Positions 13,701 to 26,000 of a stretch of 64,000 nt of DNA are shown here, piece by piece. The stretch is from NCBI GenBank assembly GCA_965202585.1, contig OZ241831.1:39432001-39496000 (forward strand). Reading direction: 5' to 3'. The position numbers and the translations under genes were made by a program. The stretch is from Thalia democratica. Taxonomy: Eukaryota. Numbering within the stretch: position 1 is the stretch's first letter; each line of letters begins with the position of its first letter. The notes under the pieces are model-generated. The model worked only from the letters and a program-made list of their open reading frames with translations. It did not search any database and had not been told where the DNA came from.

Positions 13701-14849
13701 ACGAAGTTTTCAAGTATAATAAAACAGTAAACTGTTTTATAACAATGAGAAAACTTGTTTTCAAACAATTTTTATAAATTATGTTACTGAGAGAACTTAC
13801 TGAAAACAATTATGACAATACCTAAAATTAAAAATCGGCTTTAGTGGAAGAATATATTATTAAAGGAAATTTCTACACTTATGATATTAACATACCATCT
13901 TAAGAAGTACAAATAACTTTGTGCCCTTAGAAATTATAGTAAAAGTTGAAAAGGATATTTAAAGGTCAGTCTGAGCTAAAAAAAAACTAAGTCAGTAAAT
14001 TTTTTAAAGGTTTTACTTTTTTATTATTTTTTAACCTTATCCCTAGCCCACTTTACCCAGACATATTAAAAATTTATTATTAATTAAAAAGAGAAGCCTT
14101 GATGGTTCAATTTAAAAATCCTGAAAAAAGACTTTTTTTTCAGCTCAGACTGACATTCACGTATAGAAGCCAAAAGTATTAAAGTTTTATAAAAGCTATG
14201 TATATTCTTTTTTGAGAGAACATTTACTAACTAAATTGGCAAGTTTCCCCAGCAAACCCGATTCCACAAACACATCTTCCTTGAGAACTGTTGCTTGGTA
14301 TTTTACAAGCTCCTTCAACTTTGGAACACTGATCATCAGTTGTACAACTTACTTCTGTAAAAATTATCATTCAAAAATGGATCTTTAAAACGATATTTAA
14401 TGAAGAAAATAATGTATAAATGCTATTTTAGTTTTCTGATAGTTTTTGAATTACATCAAAAGAAATAATTGTTAAGCAAACAAAATAGTAGTTACCCCGA
14501 TAGGATTATTATTCGATGACCTAAAATATATTGTTGTGATAGTTAGTAAATTACCATGACTTTATTATACTTATAAAAACTTGAATTAGCTTTTAGTTTT
14601 TTTTGAAAATATAGCACACAGTTTCTGAGAGTTATGTAAAAAGGTTTTTATTAATCAATTTATTGTTAAGAATTAAATGGTTACTATATGTAACAGTCAT
14701 ATTATGCAGATATTTTTTTTTATTAAGTTTACACACTCACTCAAACTGTACAACTAAAAGTCAATATATATGTACTTACCTCCATAAAGTGCTTCAAGTG
14801 TTTTAGTAGTAAGGAATGCTGAGAAGACTAGAAATAAAATGTGTTTCAT
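4738..14849 (-). CDS. Type I membrane protein, ~316 aa: signal peptide, 2 EGF-like domains, 3 four-cysteine (follistatin-N-like) modules, Thr-rich stalk, TM helix, short cytoplasmic tail
   Basis: Exons (minus): 14849-14780 (MKHILFLVFSAFLTTKTLEALYG), 14354-14232 (EGF: SCTTDDQCSKVEGACKIPSNSSQGRCVCGIGFAGETCQF), 8031-7924 (EGF: SCKVDNLCENGNCYEINDEKFCKCRAGYFGAKCEH), 7662-7552, 6080-5958, 5758-5609 (4-Cys modules), 5338-5282, 5206-5113 (TM: VAVGVLTSVALILIIVLLFIHF), 4852-4738 (KNRSK...DQWEISV*). All are GT-AG with compatible phases; total 951 nt. Extra exons in the 6.2-kb intron cannot be excluded. Confidence 0.8.
4956..5035 (-). repeat. Dispersed structured repeat family (SINE-like), copy A
   Basis: Reverse complement reads CGACTCGATAACCATAAGGTTCTTCGTGCACCAGGTCCTAGGACCAAG...GTCGTTCAATAAAC, matching copies at 6320, 17374 and 21799. 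Confidence 0.75.
6320..6415 (+). repeat. Dispersed structured repeat family (SINE-like), copy B
   Basis: TGTCCTGGATATGACGTTAAACTGTTCTGGTGTATAACTCGATAACCGAAAGGTT...CACCAGG; closely similar to the 21799 copy. Confidence 0.75.
6592..6858. repeat. Near-perfect ~105-bp inverted repeat (foldback/MITE) with ~52-bp spacer
   Basis: 6592-~6699 is the reverse complement of ~6752-6858 apart from one small difference (GTGTGTCAACG vs GTGTTAACG). Confidence 0.9.
6992..7351. mobile_element. MITE-like element with GTGCAAAAGT-type subterminal repeats and a telomere-like (AGGGTAAGGG) core
   Basis: TIRs AGGTCGCTTTTGCACGA / TCGTGCAAAAGTGTCCT; several GTGCAAAA repeats near the right end; internal TAAGGGTAAG(GG) motifs. 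Confidence 0.65.
10431..11163. mobile_element. hAT (Charlie-like) MITE, 733 bp, inserted in the hAT transposase fossil
   Basis: Right end GTTGCCTACCCCTA; degenerate left end TAGGATTTACCAATGTACGGCCCGCGG; GGCCC-rich subterminal repeats; perfect 8-bp TSD GTATAGAA at 10423-10430 and 11164-11171. Confidence 0.8.
10900..11088. mobile_element. Small GGATCC-rich MITE-like element nested in the hAT MITE
   Basis: Imperfect TIRs AGTGATCAACC / GGTAAATCACT with internal CCGGATCC/GGATCCG repeats; related pieces at ~9140-9170 and ~12919-12997 (ending GGTAGATCACT). Confidence 0.5.
12419..12458. repeat. Perfect 16-bp stem, 8-nt loop hairpin
   Basis: ATCAGGCCTTACCAGA-TAAAAATC-TCTGGTAAGGCCTGAT. Confidence 0.9.
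13965..14154. mobile_element. MITE with telomere-like core
   Basis: TIRs GTCAGTCTGAGCT / AGCTCAGACTGAC followed inward by A/T tracts; core TAACCTTATCCCTAGCCCACTTTACCCAG. Confidence 0.7.
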
Positions 14850-17373
14850 TGCTCCTTTTAATAAAAAAAAATATAAAAGACTCTGTTAAATTAAAACTTT
14901 GCATTATAGAATTTAAAACTATCATTTATACTTTTAAAAAGCTATTTTAGTTTATAACTAATAACAGTTGTATAAAAGAATACATATGGCACACTACTTT
15001 TGAATTTTTTTTAATGAAACTTAAAAGTAGATAAAAGTGTTGATATTCAGTACTTAATTAACTAAACGTACAACTAAAAAAGTTGCATAATCTGTTTTAA
15101 TAACAACTCCTATAGTGTTGTAATATATTAAAACAAAATGTTAACTAGTTTTAAATAAAGCTAAGGTTAAAAGAAGTATAAAGAGGAAAAGAAAACAGTA
15201 CTGTGACATGATTAAAATGCAAACAAATTAAAATGAAAAATTATAAACATTTTACCTTGAAAGAAAGTTTAAACACATAAAAAAGGTCAAAAAAAACAAG
15301 ACATTTTTGTATCTAGCTGACAACTAATTTAAAACAAATATTAGATATAAAACAAATAAATTTACTTATAAGTGTTACTTGTTCATAAGTTGTGTTTAAT
15401 TGTCTTTAGAACTAAAAGCAAAGTGTGTTGATTTCAATATATTTTTTATAAACTAAACGCCCTACAGAGTACGTAGCTAATATTAAATTTAAGAAAAGTT
15501 GCTATATTATATTGTATATATTTGTTGATAAACAAATCTTGATTATATCAAACTTAACTAAAATGAAAATATATGACTTTAAAGCAAAAAAAAAACAAAA
15601 ATAGAAAATAATATAATGAACATAATGCATGTTCAAATTATAAAAAATTAGTTGGTAATTTATTTTTCAAAAATATTGCTTAAATCAATTTTAGTAGCTT
15701 TTTTATTTCTTAGAATACTTATACTTTCAAATGATGTTTTAAAAATAGATATTATTACAGTAATATAGTTTTCAAAAAAATGTTTGTTAATAAAACTATA
15801 AAACAAGTATTTTTAATACCACATTAAACAACTTGAAACAAAACATTTTATTATCATTCAAGCTTTCATTCCTTTATGTTTTTTGAATATTTTATTAGTT
15901 TTTCTGTAAATAAGTAAGTGCTTTAAGAAATAATACATTAAATTAATATATAGTAAATTAGTAGTTTATATAAATGAGTAAATAATATTTTATATGCTTT
16001 ATCAAGTCTCATTAGAAGAAAGGTGAGTATATATGTTTTGTTACTAACAACTTTTTTTCAATTGAAAAATGTGAATCTTATCAAGTTAAATAAAAGTAGT
16101 CATATTACCACCTAATGTCATATTACATGAAGCACAAAACTCATTCAAGCATTAAAAAAGTAAAACCATTATTAAATGAATTCTCACTTATTAAATTTAA
16201 GTTTAATGATTAATGATTTACTTGATCTTTTATTTATTTATACTAAATGTCATTACAAAACAAAATTAAACTAAAACAACTTAGGTATACTTTTAAAGAT
16301 GATTAAATACAAGTAAAAAATGAATACTAGACCAAAAATATTTTAATTGATAAATAAAATACCTAGGCATAAAAAAATTAAAATATTTTAAATAACCTCT
16401 AAAAACTTAGTTTATACAAAATTTACTAAATAAAATGCCTGTTTGATTTTCTTAGCTTATTTTTATTTCCAATTCAAATCTTATACATATTTATTTAAAG
16501 CTAGTTGATAGAATAGTTATAAAAGATAATTAAGACTTCAAATTCAATTTAAAAATTGAAAAATACAGAGCTTTAAATAACCTAAAATTTAAATAACTTT
16601 AAACTATCTTTTCAAGTTTTAAAATTTGTTTAATGTGGTTTTGTAACAACAGTGTACTCATTTTGCTTATTATTTTAAAATTTAACTATAAAGTTTCTTC
16701 AGCTTAAATATTTCGATAAAAAGTTCACAACAAATAATTTACAACAAACTAAATTCTTTTTAAGCTGAATTTTTTAAGCATTACAAAAAATCTGCGATTT
16801 TAAAATAAATACAGACTTTATAAACCTAAATCATTTCCAAACAAAGAGTCCTAGTTGGCTTTACTAATTTTATTGTTTACTAATAAAGTTATTCAACTAG
16901 TCATTAGTTAATTAGAGTAGTACTAGATAATTAATATGTTAATCATTTATATAATAATAAGTTAAACACTTAATTTTATAGTAAATGTTAAGACTTAAGA
17001 TACATGTGTTGTGCATTACCAAAATTAATTAGAGTGGTACTTAGATAATTAATAAATAATTATATATCATTTTTATAACATTAAAATACTTGTTGTTGTA
17101 GAAAGTATGGTGGTGAATGCTTATGCAAGTAGTTTTGAGAGCTCCATTTAGCACATAAAAGTTTGTTTGAGAACAATAGTTTTATGTTCAACTAATGCTC
17201 AACCTTCGTCATGAACAATTGACAATCGTTTTTAAAAGATAGTCTCTGAATCGGAAGTTATTTTAGGATCGTAATTTAAGAAAAAATAGTTAGTTAACAA
17301 AATTGTAAGTCTTATGTGTAAATTGTTATGTTTTATTTTGAGTTGGTATATGCTTGTATATATTGTATAAAGA

Positions 17374-17467
17374 CCTGGTGTACGACTTGATAACCGAAAG
17401 GTTTCTTTGTACACCAGGTCCTTAGACCAAACTTTTTGAGTGCTTTTAAATCGTTAAATAAACAATA
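17374..17467 (+). repeat. Dispersed structured repeat family (SINE-like), copy C (5'-truncated)
   Basis: CCTGGTGTACGACTTGATAACCGAAAGGTTTCTTTGTACACCAGGTCCTTAGACC...AAATAAACAATA. Confidence 0.75.
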
Positions 17468-17697
17468 ATAATATGCATTATTATCGCTTGCGTACATACA
17501 TCAATTTTAGTATTAATTTTTGAAAAAATAACATTTTCTATTAAAGTTCAATCATGCACTTCCTGTTTTAATTTATAGAAAACCTTAACAAGAGAGTAGC
17601 ATCAAGTAGCTTTTTATTTCTTTTATTAATTAAAGTCATATATTATAAACAATGAACTTTACCGAAAGATGAACAACAACAACAGCATCCGAGACAA

Positions 17698-17740
17698 TCC
17701 TACGACTGGTTTTGTCCTAATTAGGACTCATCATGCAGGA
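17698..17740 (-). ncRNA. Second hammerhead copy with mutated core (probably inactive)
   Basis: Minus strand TCCTGC ATGATGA GTCCTAATTAGGAC AAAA CCAGTC GTAGGA: perfect stem II but CUGAUGA->AUGAUGA and GAAA->AAAA. Confidence 0.7.
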
Positions 17741-18040
17741 AAAGTTGCGAAAAACCGCTATTATGAATATGATCTTAAACAAGCGGGCTTAAGTACAAAG
17801 TACTGAAGCTACCGTTTGTGGGTAAAGTTGAAAAAAATGGCCGAAATAAATACTGGCTAAAACTGATCAAACGAGCGCATACTATAATCTTACAATAAGC
17901 TGACAATGTCTGAGACGTTGGGCTATGAGTGATTTAGCTGTGTCATTTTTTCAACTTTACCCACAAACGGTCGCTTCAGTACTATACTATGTACTTAAGC
18001 CCGCTTGTTTAAGATCACAATAGTGGTTTCTCGCGACTAT

Positions 18041-18083
18041 TCCTGCCTGATGAGACCTAATTAGGACGAAACCGGTCGTAGGA
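18041..18083 (+). ncRNA. Minimal type I hammerhead ribozyme (Penelope/retrozyme-type), core intact
   Basis: TCCTGC (stem I) CTGATGA G-ACCT-AATT-AGGA-C (stem II, one A.A mismatch) GAAA C-CG-G TC | GTAGGA (stem I partner, one G.U); predicted cleavage after C18077 of GUC. Confidence 0.8.
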
Positions 18084-20088
18084 TTGTCTCGGATGCTAAT
18101 GTTGTTCATCTTGCGGCAAAGTTCATTGTTTATTATCGATGCCATAAAACATCTCAACTTTGTGGATGACGGCCGAAATAAACACTGATTAAATAAAGTC
18201 GAAAGAACTAAGATCGTTAAACCAATACAGAGAGTAGCGTATAGGAGTATTAGCAGACATATTTAAAAACTTTTTTAAAATTTTTTATACTTATATATAA
18301 ATTGTAGGACAGACAGGTAGTAAGAAGAAAAAATTACAAAATATATTTCTACGTTTATTTTATTAAACAAAGTTTAGTTTCATTAAACTGACAAATATTT
18401 ATCACTTTTATAAAAGTATATATTTAAAGTTTAAGAGATAAATTTACAATAAAAACGTCTTTTACTAAAAAAATAAATATGTAAGTTAAGTTGTAAGAGC
18501 ATTCAAACATACATAAACGGAAAAAATATGTAAGTTGTCCAGAGTTATCCCTGCATGCATATGCCTAGCAGCCGCTTAAAACGCCAAAGAGCTTATTTAC
18601 ACAATTGTGTAACAATGCACGCTGTTAGCTTGCACAAAAGATGAAATATTTCAAGTTTCTTACTTGTTAGATGATAAGTGAAACATTTCTTTTTGTTTGA
18701 AATAGTTTATACTTTCAAGGTTTTTATTTTTTTTTGTTGCTTGAAGTTCAGTTTTTTCGTCGTTATGTTTTTGTTTTTTCATTTATTATCTTCAACTAAT
18801 TAACTACTGAGTAATTTACTCAAAAATACAATTACATTAATTAAAGATAAAATAGTTACACTTTATAAACAAAAAATATTTAATGAATATTAAAAATATA
18901 CTTTATTCGATTTAACTTTAATGTTTTAAAATGTATAAAAATATCAAAGATTACTGAAATCACTGTAGTTTTGTTTCTTAAGTGTTTATTTTGAAATATT
19001 ACATTTAACTTATTAGAATATGGTAATAAATGTTTTAATAAAACTATTTTAAGGAATTTAAGAGTCTGACTATTAATATTTTAATAACTATCATGTATAA
19101 CAAATACAGAATAGTTGTTTAAAAAATAGGACATAGTTTAAATATAAATAAAATAACAATATAAACAACATTTTAACTGATAAATGAACTTATTGAAAAA
19201 AAACAAGTTTTATTTAAAATGTTTATTTAACTAACCATAAGGCTTTATATTTCATTTGAAACTTGGAAAGATTAAGAACTGATAAATACAATTGAAATTA
19301 AAAATATATGTTTAAAAAAATAAAATAGCCAGTTAAAATAATAAATTAAACTTTATTATTTAAAAATTCTAGTTTTAAAACAAAGATTATTTCTAGATAA
19401 AATTAAAATATGACAAACCCTTTTAGCTTTTTAAGTTTAAACTTAATTACAAAACTTTTTGAATTGTAGCAAAAAAAAATATTAGGTAGTTTGTAGAATT
19501 GTATAAATACTTAGCTTTGTACTTTTGAAACTACTTATTAGATAACAACTACACTTGATTTATGGAAAAGTGAAAAAAAATCATACTAAATAAAACTTCA
19601 GGCCATTAAGGGTAAAAAGAAAATTATTGACCCTTTTCATAAGCTCGAATTTCATACTTAAAAATTTTTAAGATTAAGCAAGTTAAGTAAAAAATTTTTG
19701 GTACAAACGGTAAACTTCATTGCCAATATTTTCAGAATTTTTAAAATACATTTATAATCTATTTATAAAAAAGAAAATAAACAATTTTATTGCTTAAATT
19801 TATTCTATCATATAACATACAAACTAAAAAAGTCATAAGATGAAAAGTACGAGTGAAAACTGAAGCGGATGAAGCCAGCAGCATAAAAAATGTTGAATAA
19901 GACTTGAAGCCTAAAAAGGTCTAACGTTAAAAATAACTAAAAATGGCCTTTTTTATAAGCTCAAATTGTGTATTTTAAACAAGTGTTTTGTAGAAAAAAA
20001 AATTAGAGAGTATAAGTAAATAATAAAAAAAAACAACTTTACAGCTCAAACAAAAGTTATAAAAGGTATAGACCAAAAATGTAAAAAT

Positions 20089-23000
20089 ATGGAAGACACG
20101 AGCGAAGTACTGAAGCGAGCGGACGAGGCCAGCTTGAGGTCGGATCACGAGGACGCGGTCAGCTTGTACTCAGTGGTGATCCACAACGACCCGACCAACT
20201 ACAAGCTGTACCTGAAGCGGTCCATGGCGAACATATACCTGGGCAGGTACGAGCAGGCCCTGTTCGACTGCCAGACGTCGGTGAAAATATTCGATAAAAA
20301 CCACGAGGTGGCTAATTATTTTTAATTAAAAGTACCGTTTTTGTAATTTTTTTCTCATTGACTTTATAGTTACTTTGAAATATTTAGTTATAACGGACCT
20401 TATTTTTAAATTTTGTAGCAACTTTGTATTTTCTGTAAAAATAGTTTTTTAAAATGTTTTTTCGTAAATTTTTTTGACCTAAGAAAAGAAATATATAATC
20501 TGATTATTATTTTTTTACACAAGGGCCATTATCAGAGCGGAATTGCGTTGAGGCAGCTTGGAAGGTTTTACTCAGCAACTGTTTGTTTCAGCAAGGCTCT
20601 GTCAATCGTTCCCGATGATAGCTTGTACCTGACCGGATTGATTGACGCTGCCATAAAGTCACCACTTAAAAGTTTGTTGTTTGTTTGAAGGTAATGTTAA
20701 AGCATTTATGCTTCTAAGATATCTCAAAATATTTAACACTATAACTAACAAGTAATTGTTATAATAACACATTCGTGAAAACAATGCTTTACAAAAACAA
20801 AAAATAAAAATCTAAAATTTTTAAAGTTTGTAATACAGTTCAAAATGTTTAACATAAGATTAAACAATTTAGTATATATTTTTTTCTTTCGAAGTATCTT
20901 AAAATTATGTTACCAGTAAAAATAATTCTAAACAATAATATATTCATTAAGTATAGAAGACAGAAGATGTTAAGAAATATTATTAAAAGTCAAACAACCC
21001 AACACTGGCTTTATATTTCCAATTTTTTTTAAGATGAACAAATTTAAAAAGAAAACAACTTATAGCTACCATACAAAAACTACATGTTTTAGTTGTTGTA
21101 ATTATATAAACAATAATGAACTTACCATTGTTTAAAACTTTTAATTAGACTAGCCAGTGGTTTTGAAAATTTTTTAAAACATGAAATGTAAAGTAAAAGT
21201 ATGAATAAAATTCTAAGCCCACCTAAAACATATGGTATACTTTTTTTTTTTTGAATATTCTTATTAGACTTAAAATTTATTTTTTTTATTATCGTACTAA
21301 TATAACATTTCGAATAACTCCTAGAAACTACACTTTTATTAAAAAAACTAAAATATATGTTACAAATGATTGCTTAATATCATGTAAAATGGATTATGTG
21401 TTTTTCAGGTAACTGATATTAAGACCTGTTTCCGAAAATTTTATTTACAGACACGTTAGTGCCGGTGATTGACCAACTGGAGCAGATGAACCTGGAAAAA
21501 GATGCTTTTGTCGTTCTGTCAATAATCGGGCAAGATCTGCTCGCGCATGACCAGTGCTCCATGGCTGTTGAGGTTTGCAAAACTAGTTAGCCCTTTCAGT
21601 ACGATATTAACTTAAAATTTTCATTTATGTAGAACAATAGTCGTTAAGTTAGTTATATTCTAATTCAATCATTTTACCATTTGAGTTTAGGTTATCAAAA
21701 TTAGCTTGCAACACTTTTAATTCAATAAACGCTTAATTTAAAAAAATATGTATATAAACTTAAACTGTTAAATACTTACTTTATTTTATCATAAGTAATG
21801 TCCTGGGGATGACGTTAAACTGAACTGGTGTATGACTCGATAACCGAAAGGTTGTTTTTACACCAGGTCGTTGGACCAAACCTTTTGAGCGTATTTTTAG
21901 TCGTTCAATAAACAATATATATATTATCCAAGGTTCTTGAGGGTGCATTAGAGGTTGACACTAGCAGTGCCAAACTGAAAGGTTCCGTTTTTTCTGCGTT
22001 GGGAAAAGCTTTGTGGTCACTTGAGAACCATGAAAAGTTGGTTAAGTATAAATTAATACATATATATAAATTGAAAATAATAGAAAAGAATTAGATTGAG
22101 GTTCACTTTAGAAATAAATGTGTCGTTAATTTTTTTTTAAAGTACTGATTCATTTGAGTTAAATAATTTTTTGTTGTAAAATTTTTAGAAATGGTATTAT
22201 TTTTTTTAAAGCACAATTAAAGTAGTTGAAAATTTTGGCTGTAAAGTTTCACCTCAGTAATACACTAGCATAAAAGTTGATAAAAAACTAGTGCATTTTC
22301 TTAAAACGCAGCAAATTTTGCAGGGCAATATTCTACATAAAAGAAGACTTGAAAGTATCTGAGATGTACAACGACATTGAAAGTCAATGTAGAGCCCACG
22401 GTAACTTGGGAGTGGCATTCAACATTCAACAAAATTTCCAACAGGCTTTCAATGCGTACAAGAAACAACTTGAGTTGGCGAAGCAAACAAATGTAGTTTT
22501 TTATAATGTTACTCAATATTTAAAAATTAATTGTAAGACACAAACAAAAGACAAACATTTTCTACTAGAACTTTAAATTATATAAAAACTACTAAAAGTA
22601 TTGCTTCAGTATAGATACATAGAAGCTAAGCTTTTCAAAAAAAAAAAATAAACATATAAATTTGCTTACAGTTATTTTTAGATCTAAAGATAGTTAAAAC
22701 TATAGTTATAAAAAAGTTGTTAATTAAAGTTTAAACATAAACAATCTTACATAAAGCTAATTTTCCGAGACAATTTTTCTTCCGGTACGAAGTTTCCAGA
22801 CTCAAATAAAATTCAACCAACCAAATCGCAGAACAGCAAATCGACAATCTCCGCACTGAGCGGATTGGGCGCGAGTTCCGGCGGCTTGCAGAACTTTCAG
22901 CAGTCCGCCAACTTCCACCTGCAGGCCGCCAACCATATGACGGGAAATCCCCTGTTTCGATCGAGGGAGCTGGGAAGAGCGGGGATGGCGGCGATGAGGG

Positions 23001-26000
23001 TCCCGGATCACGAGCAGGCGTTGAGCTTTCACCTGAAGAGGAGCAGGCTGTGTGAGGAGTGCGAGGGTTCCGATGAGGCGAAGTCGGAAAAAGTTGACGT
23101 TTTTCAGAGTCTCGCGGCGGTCTACAAGGAGATCAGACAGTTTGTTTGAACTTGCTTAGCGTTTTGACTTTGTATTAAGTTGTTTGCTATGAAGGTTTGT
23201 GTTTTTCCATCTGGTGTTGTCTTTGTAATTTAAGGCGACTTTTATTTTTAATTTTCCCCTAACATAAGAGAGTACCACTAACTGATATGTTTGTAACAAT
23301 CTGTTTCATTTGGTTGTTTTATTAAAACTTTATAGTTCTGCCAACATCATTCAACTTCAACTAAACCAGTCTAAAAAAATACTGCTAATCAGAACTTTTA
23401 GTACAAATTAGACTAGCTTGGTTTCAAAATAAAATTAATTAATTGATGTAATATTTTCTATATAAAACTTTTACTTTTCAAATATATTTAAAACGATCAA
23501 AAATCGACGCTCAAAATTAAGTTCGAAATACTTTATACTACTTTTTTATTAAAACTAAACCTACTTATTGCATACATAAGTTTATTGGTCTTTGTTTATT
23601 AATTAGAAGAAAATAAAAACTTTTTATTAATATTTTTTTCTTTTAATGTTAACATCATTTTAGAGAATGTAATGCAGAAAAAAACATTTACTCGTTAGCA
23701 ATATCTTGTTCGACTTTTATCAAAGAAAAATTTGTAAATTATTTTAAAATTATTTTTGTTTTTATGCATTGATCAGTTGTCGTAAAAGTAAAAATATTAA
23801 ATTTATTTTAAGAAATATATTTAATCTAAAAAATAATAATTTTTGCATGTAGAATATATTCCGGTAGCACTTTCGTTATACATACTCAAGCACAAAAAAA
23901 AAATTAGGTATCACTACATACTTATGTAGGTTGTTATGTCTTTTTTGCTTTTTTGAGTTTTCTGCATGAAAAAATTTATGTTGTGCTTTAAATCATTTAT
24001 AACTTTGTCATATACAACAAAACATTTAGTAAAAACAAATTATATACTCATTTGGACAAAAAAGTTTAACTTAATTATATTCTCAATATATAAAAATATG
24101 TCACTTACAAAATTAATAACAAAGGATTACAAAACTTGACAATTTTAAATTGTTTATTCGCTTTACTTGTCAGCATACTTACATTGTGTACTTGAGCTTA
24201 AGTACATTGTCATATTTTGAAAGCTGTTCAAACTTTCCCTTTGTTATATAAGCATTTAAATCTTTTATTAAATACTTGTCCTTCTACGTAATACGATGTG
24301 AGTTTTGAACTAAATGAAAAATGCTTCTGTTTTTAGTGATGTCAGTAAAACAGCTTCTGTTTAAAAGTCATAAATCTAATTCGGCTTTTAGAATATTTTA
24401 TTATTTTACTTATATAAAGTGTATTACGAAAAGTTTCAGACCTTAGCTGTTGGCTTTAAAAATGAACACATTGCTTTTACTCTTAGGTTTTCGGAAGAAC
24501 TTGATTGTTTAAAGAAAGCATCAAAACTTGCAAAAGAAGTGGGAGACGTAGAAAATGAAACGAAAGTTTTGTCGTCTATCGCGTTTGCAACTAAACAAGC
24601 AGGTTAGTGTGTAAAAAGTATTAAATATTATTAGAGTTTTGGAATCCTTAATTCATGTCATTATATCTTACACGTATTTTTTAGAAATTTTACAATGCTG
24701 CATAATCTTAAATTTTATACAACCAGTATTTTTGACTACTATTGTAGTTAAATAGCAGCATCTTCGTCTGTAGTTCCTTAAAACTATGGTATTTTTCAAT
24801 TAGTAACTTTTCTTGGAAGATTGTTTTTTAGATATTGACCACTTCTTTAATAAAAAAAAGATGTGTATTATTTTGACTAGACCTACGTCTTAATTCCCTA
24901 ATTGTTATCGAAGACTAGATATAATACTTTTAGTTTGGTATCAAGTCGTCTGTTTAATTAGCTCCAAAGAAAATTAATAAAAAGAATGTTTAAAAAACAT
25001 ATATAACAAAAAAGTTTTCTTAAAAGTATCATACACACACAAAAACATCGCAGAGTTTATGAGGTGTTGATTATAAAGCAAGCTGTTACCAAATAATTAT
25101 GTCTTAGAAAATAAGGATAAACACAGAAATGTTTAATTTTGAACTAGGAGCTTAAAACATTTTTGACAAACTATTTGTTTTTATCAAATAACTCTACACT
25201 AGCTAAATTTAAAATACTAGCTAATCGTTTATCCAAACACTTGTATAAAAATAAGGATTAAACATTTATTTTTTAAAGTTTTGTAAAAGACTAAAAAGTG
25301 TAAATTTTTCATAATAAAAGCTAAAAAAAGTTATTCGATAAAACAAGATATAAGTACTTTGTTATACATAAGTAAATAGCTATATAACTTCAAAATTAAC
25401 TAATAATAAAGTTTCCAAATATCCTCTATGCTTAAACAAACTTACGATGAGGTGTGTAAAAATGTTTTTTTAAGTTATTTCTTAATTTTTTCTTTTCTTT
25501 TTTACAACTATTCATAGTATAAGTTAAAAAGCGTAATCACTCACACGCTTAACACTTGCAGGAAATTTATCAGAAACAATTTTCTGCTACCGACGGCTCG
25601 TATCAATATCCGTTGAAACAAAGAACAAGTTGGCAGAAAAGCAACATTCATCTTTCCTCAGCGCTGCTTACCAACAGGTAAGTTGGTGAAAATAAAATAA
25701 CATTTTAATTGATATCGGAAACTTATTTTTAAAACTTTGTTTAAAGGCGGAAGACATTGAGAACTCCTTGTCGTTTCAAAAGAGAGCTCTTGAACTGTCA
25801 GTGGAGTGCAAAGATGTTCCTTCCCAGCTCAAATGTCATGGAACGATGGCTGCTTTGTATTTTTCAATCAATTTGTTTGATAATGTAAGCGAAGTTGTTT
25901 GCATATAAATATTTTATTTTCAGCTATTTTATAACTAGTACAGATTAAAAACTGATTTAGCGGTTTAAATTTTACATGTTACGCATTGGTTTCACTGTGG

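Larger units (their letters stand above)
17645..18133. mobile_element. Inverted duplication of a Penelope-like element terminal fragment (~190-bp imperfect arms, ~105-bp spacer)
   Basis: 17645-17839 is an imperfect reverse complement of 17944-18133; each arm has a hammerhead motif; the left arm reads VLKLPFVGK on plus (17800-17826), resembling the post-RT LKLP(F/W/Y)xG segment of Penelope-like elements. Confidence 0.7.

Noticed and set aside
21799-21917. Structured repeat as an HDV-like or hammerhead ribozyme
   Set aside because: No CUGANGA core, and I could not build the P1/P1.1/P2/P3 double pseudoknot or find the catalytic C context.
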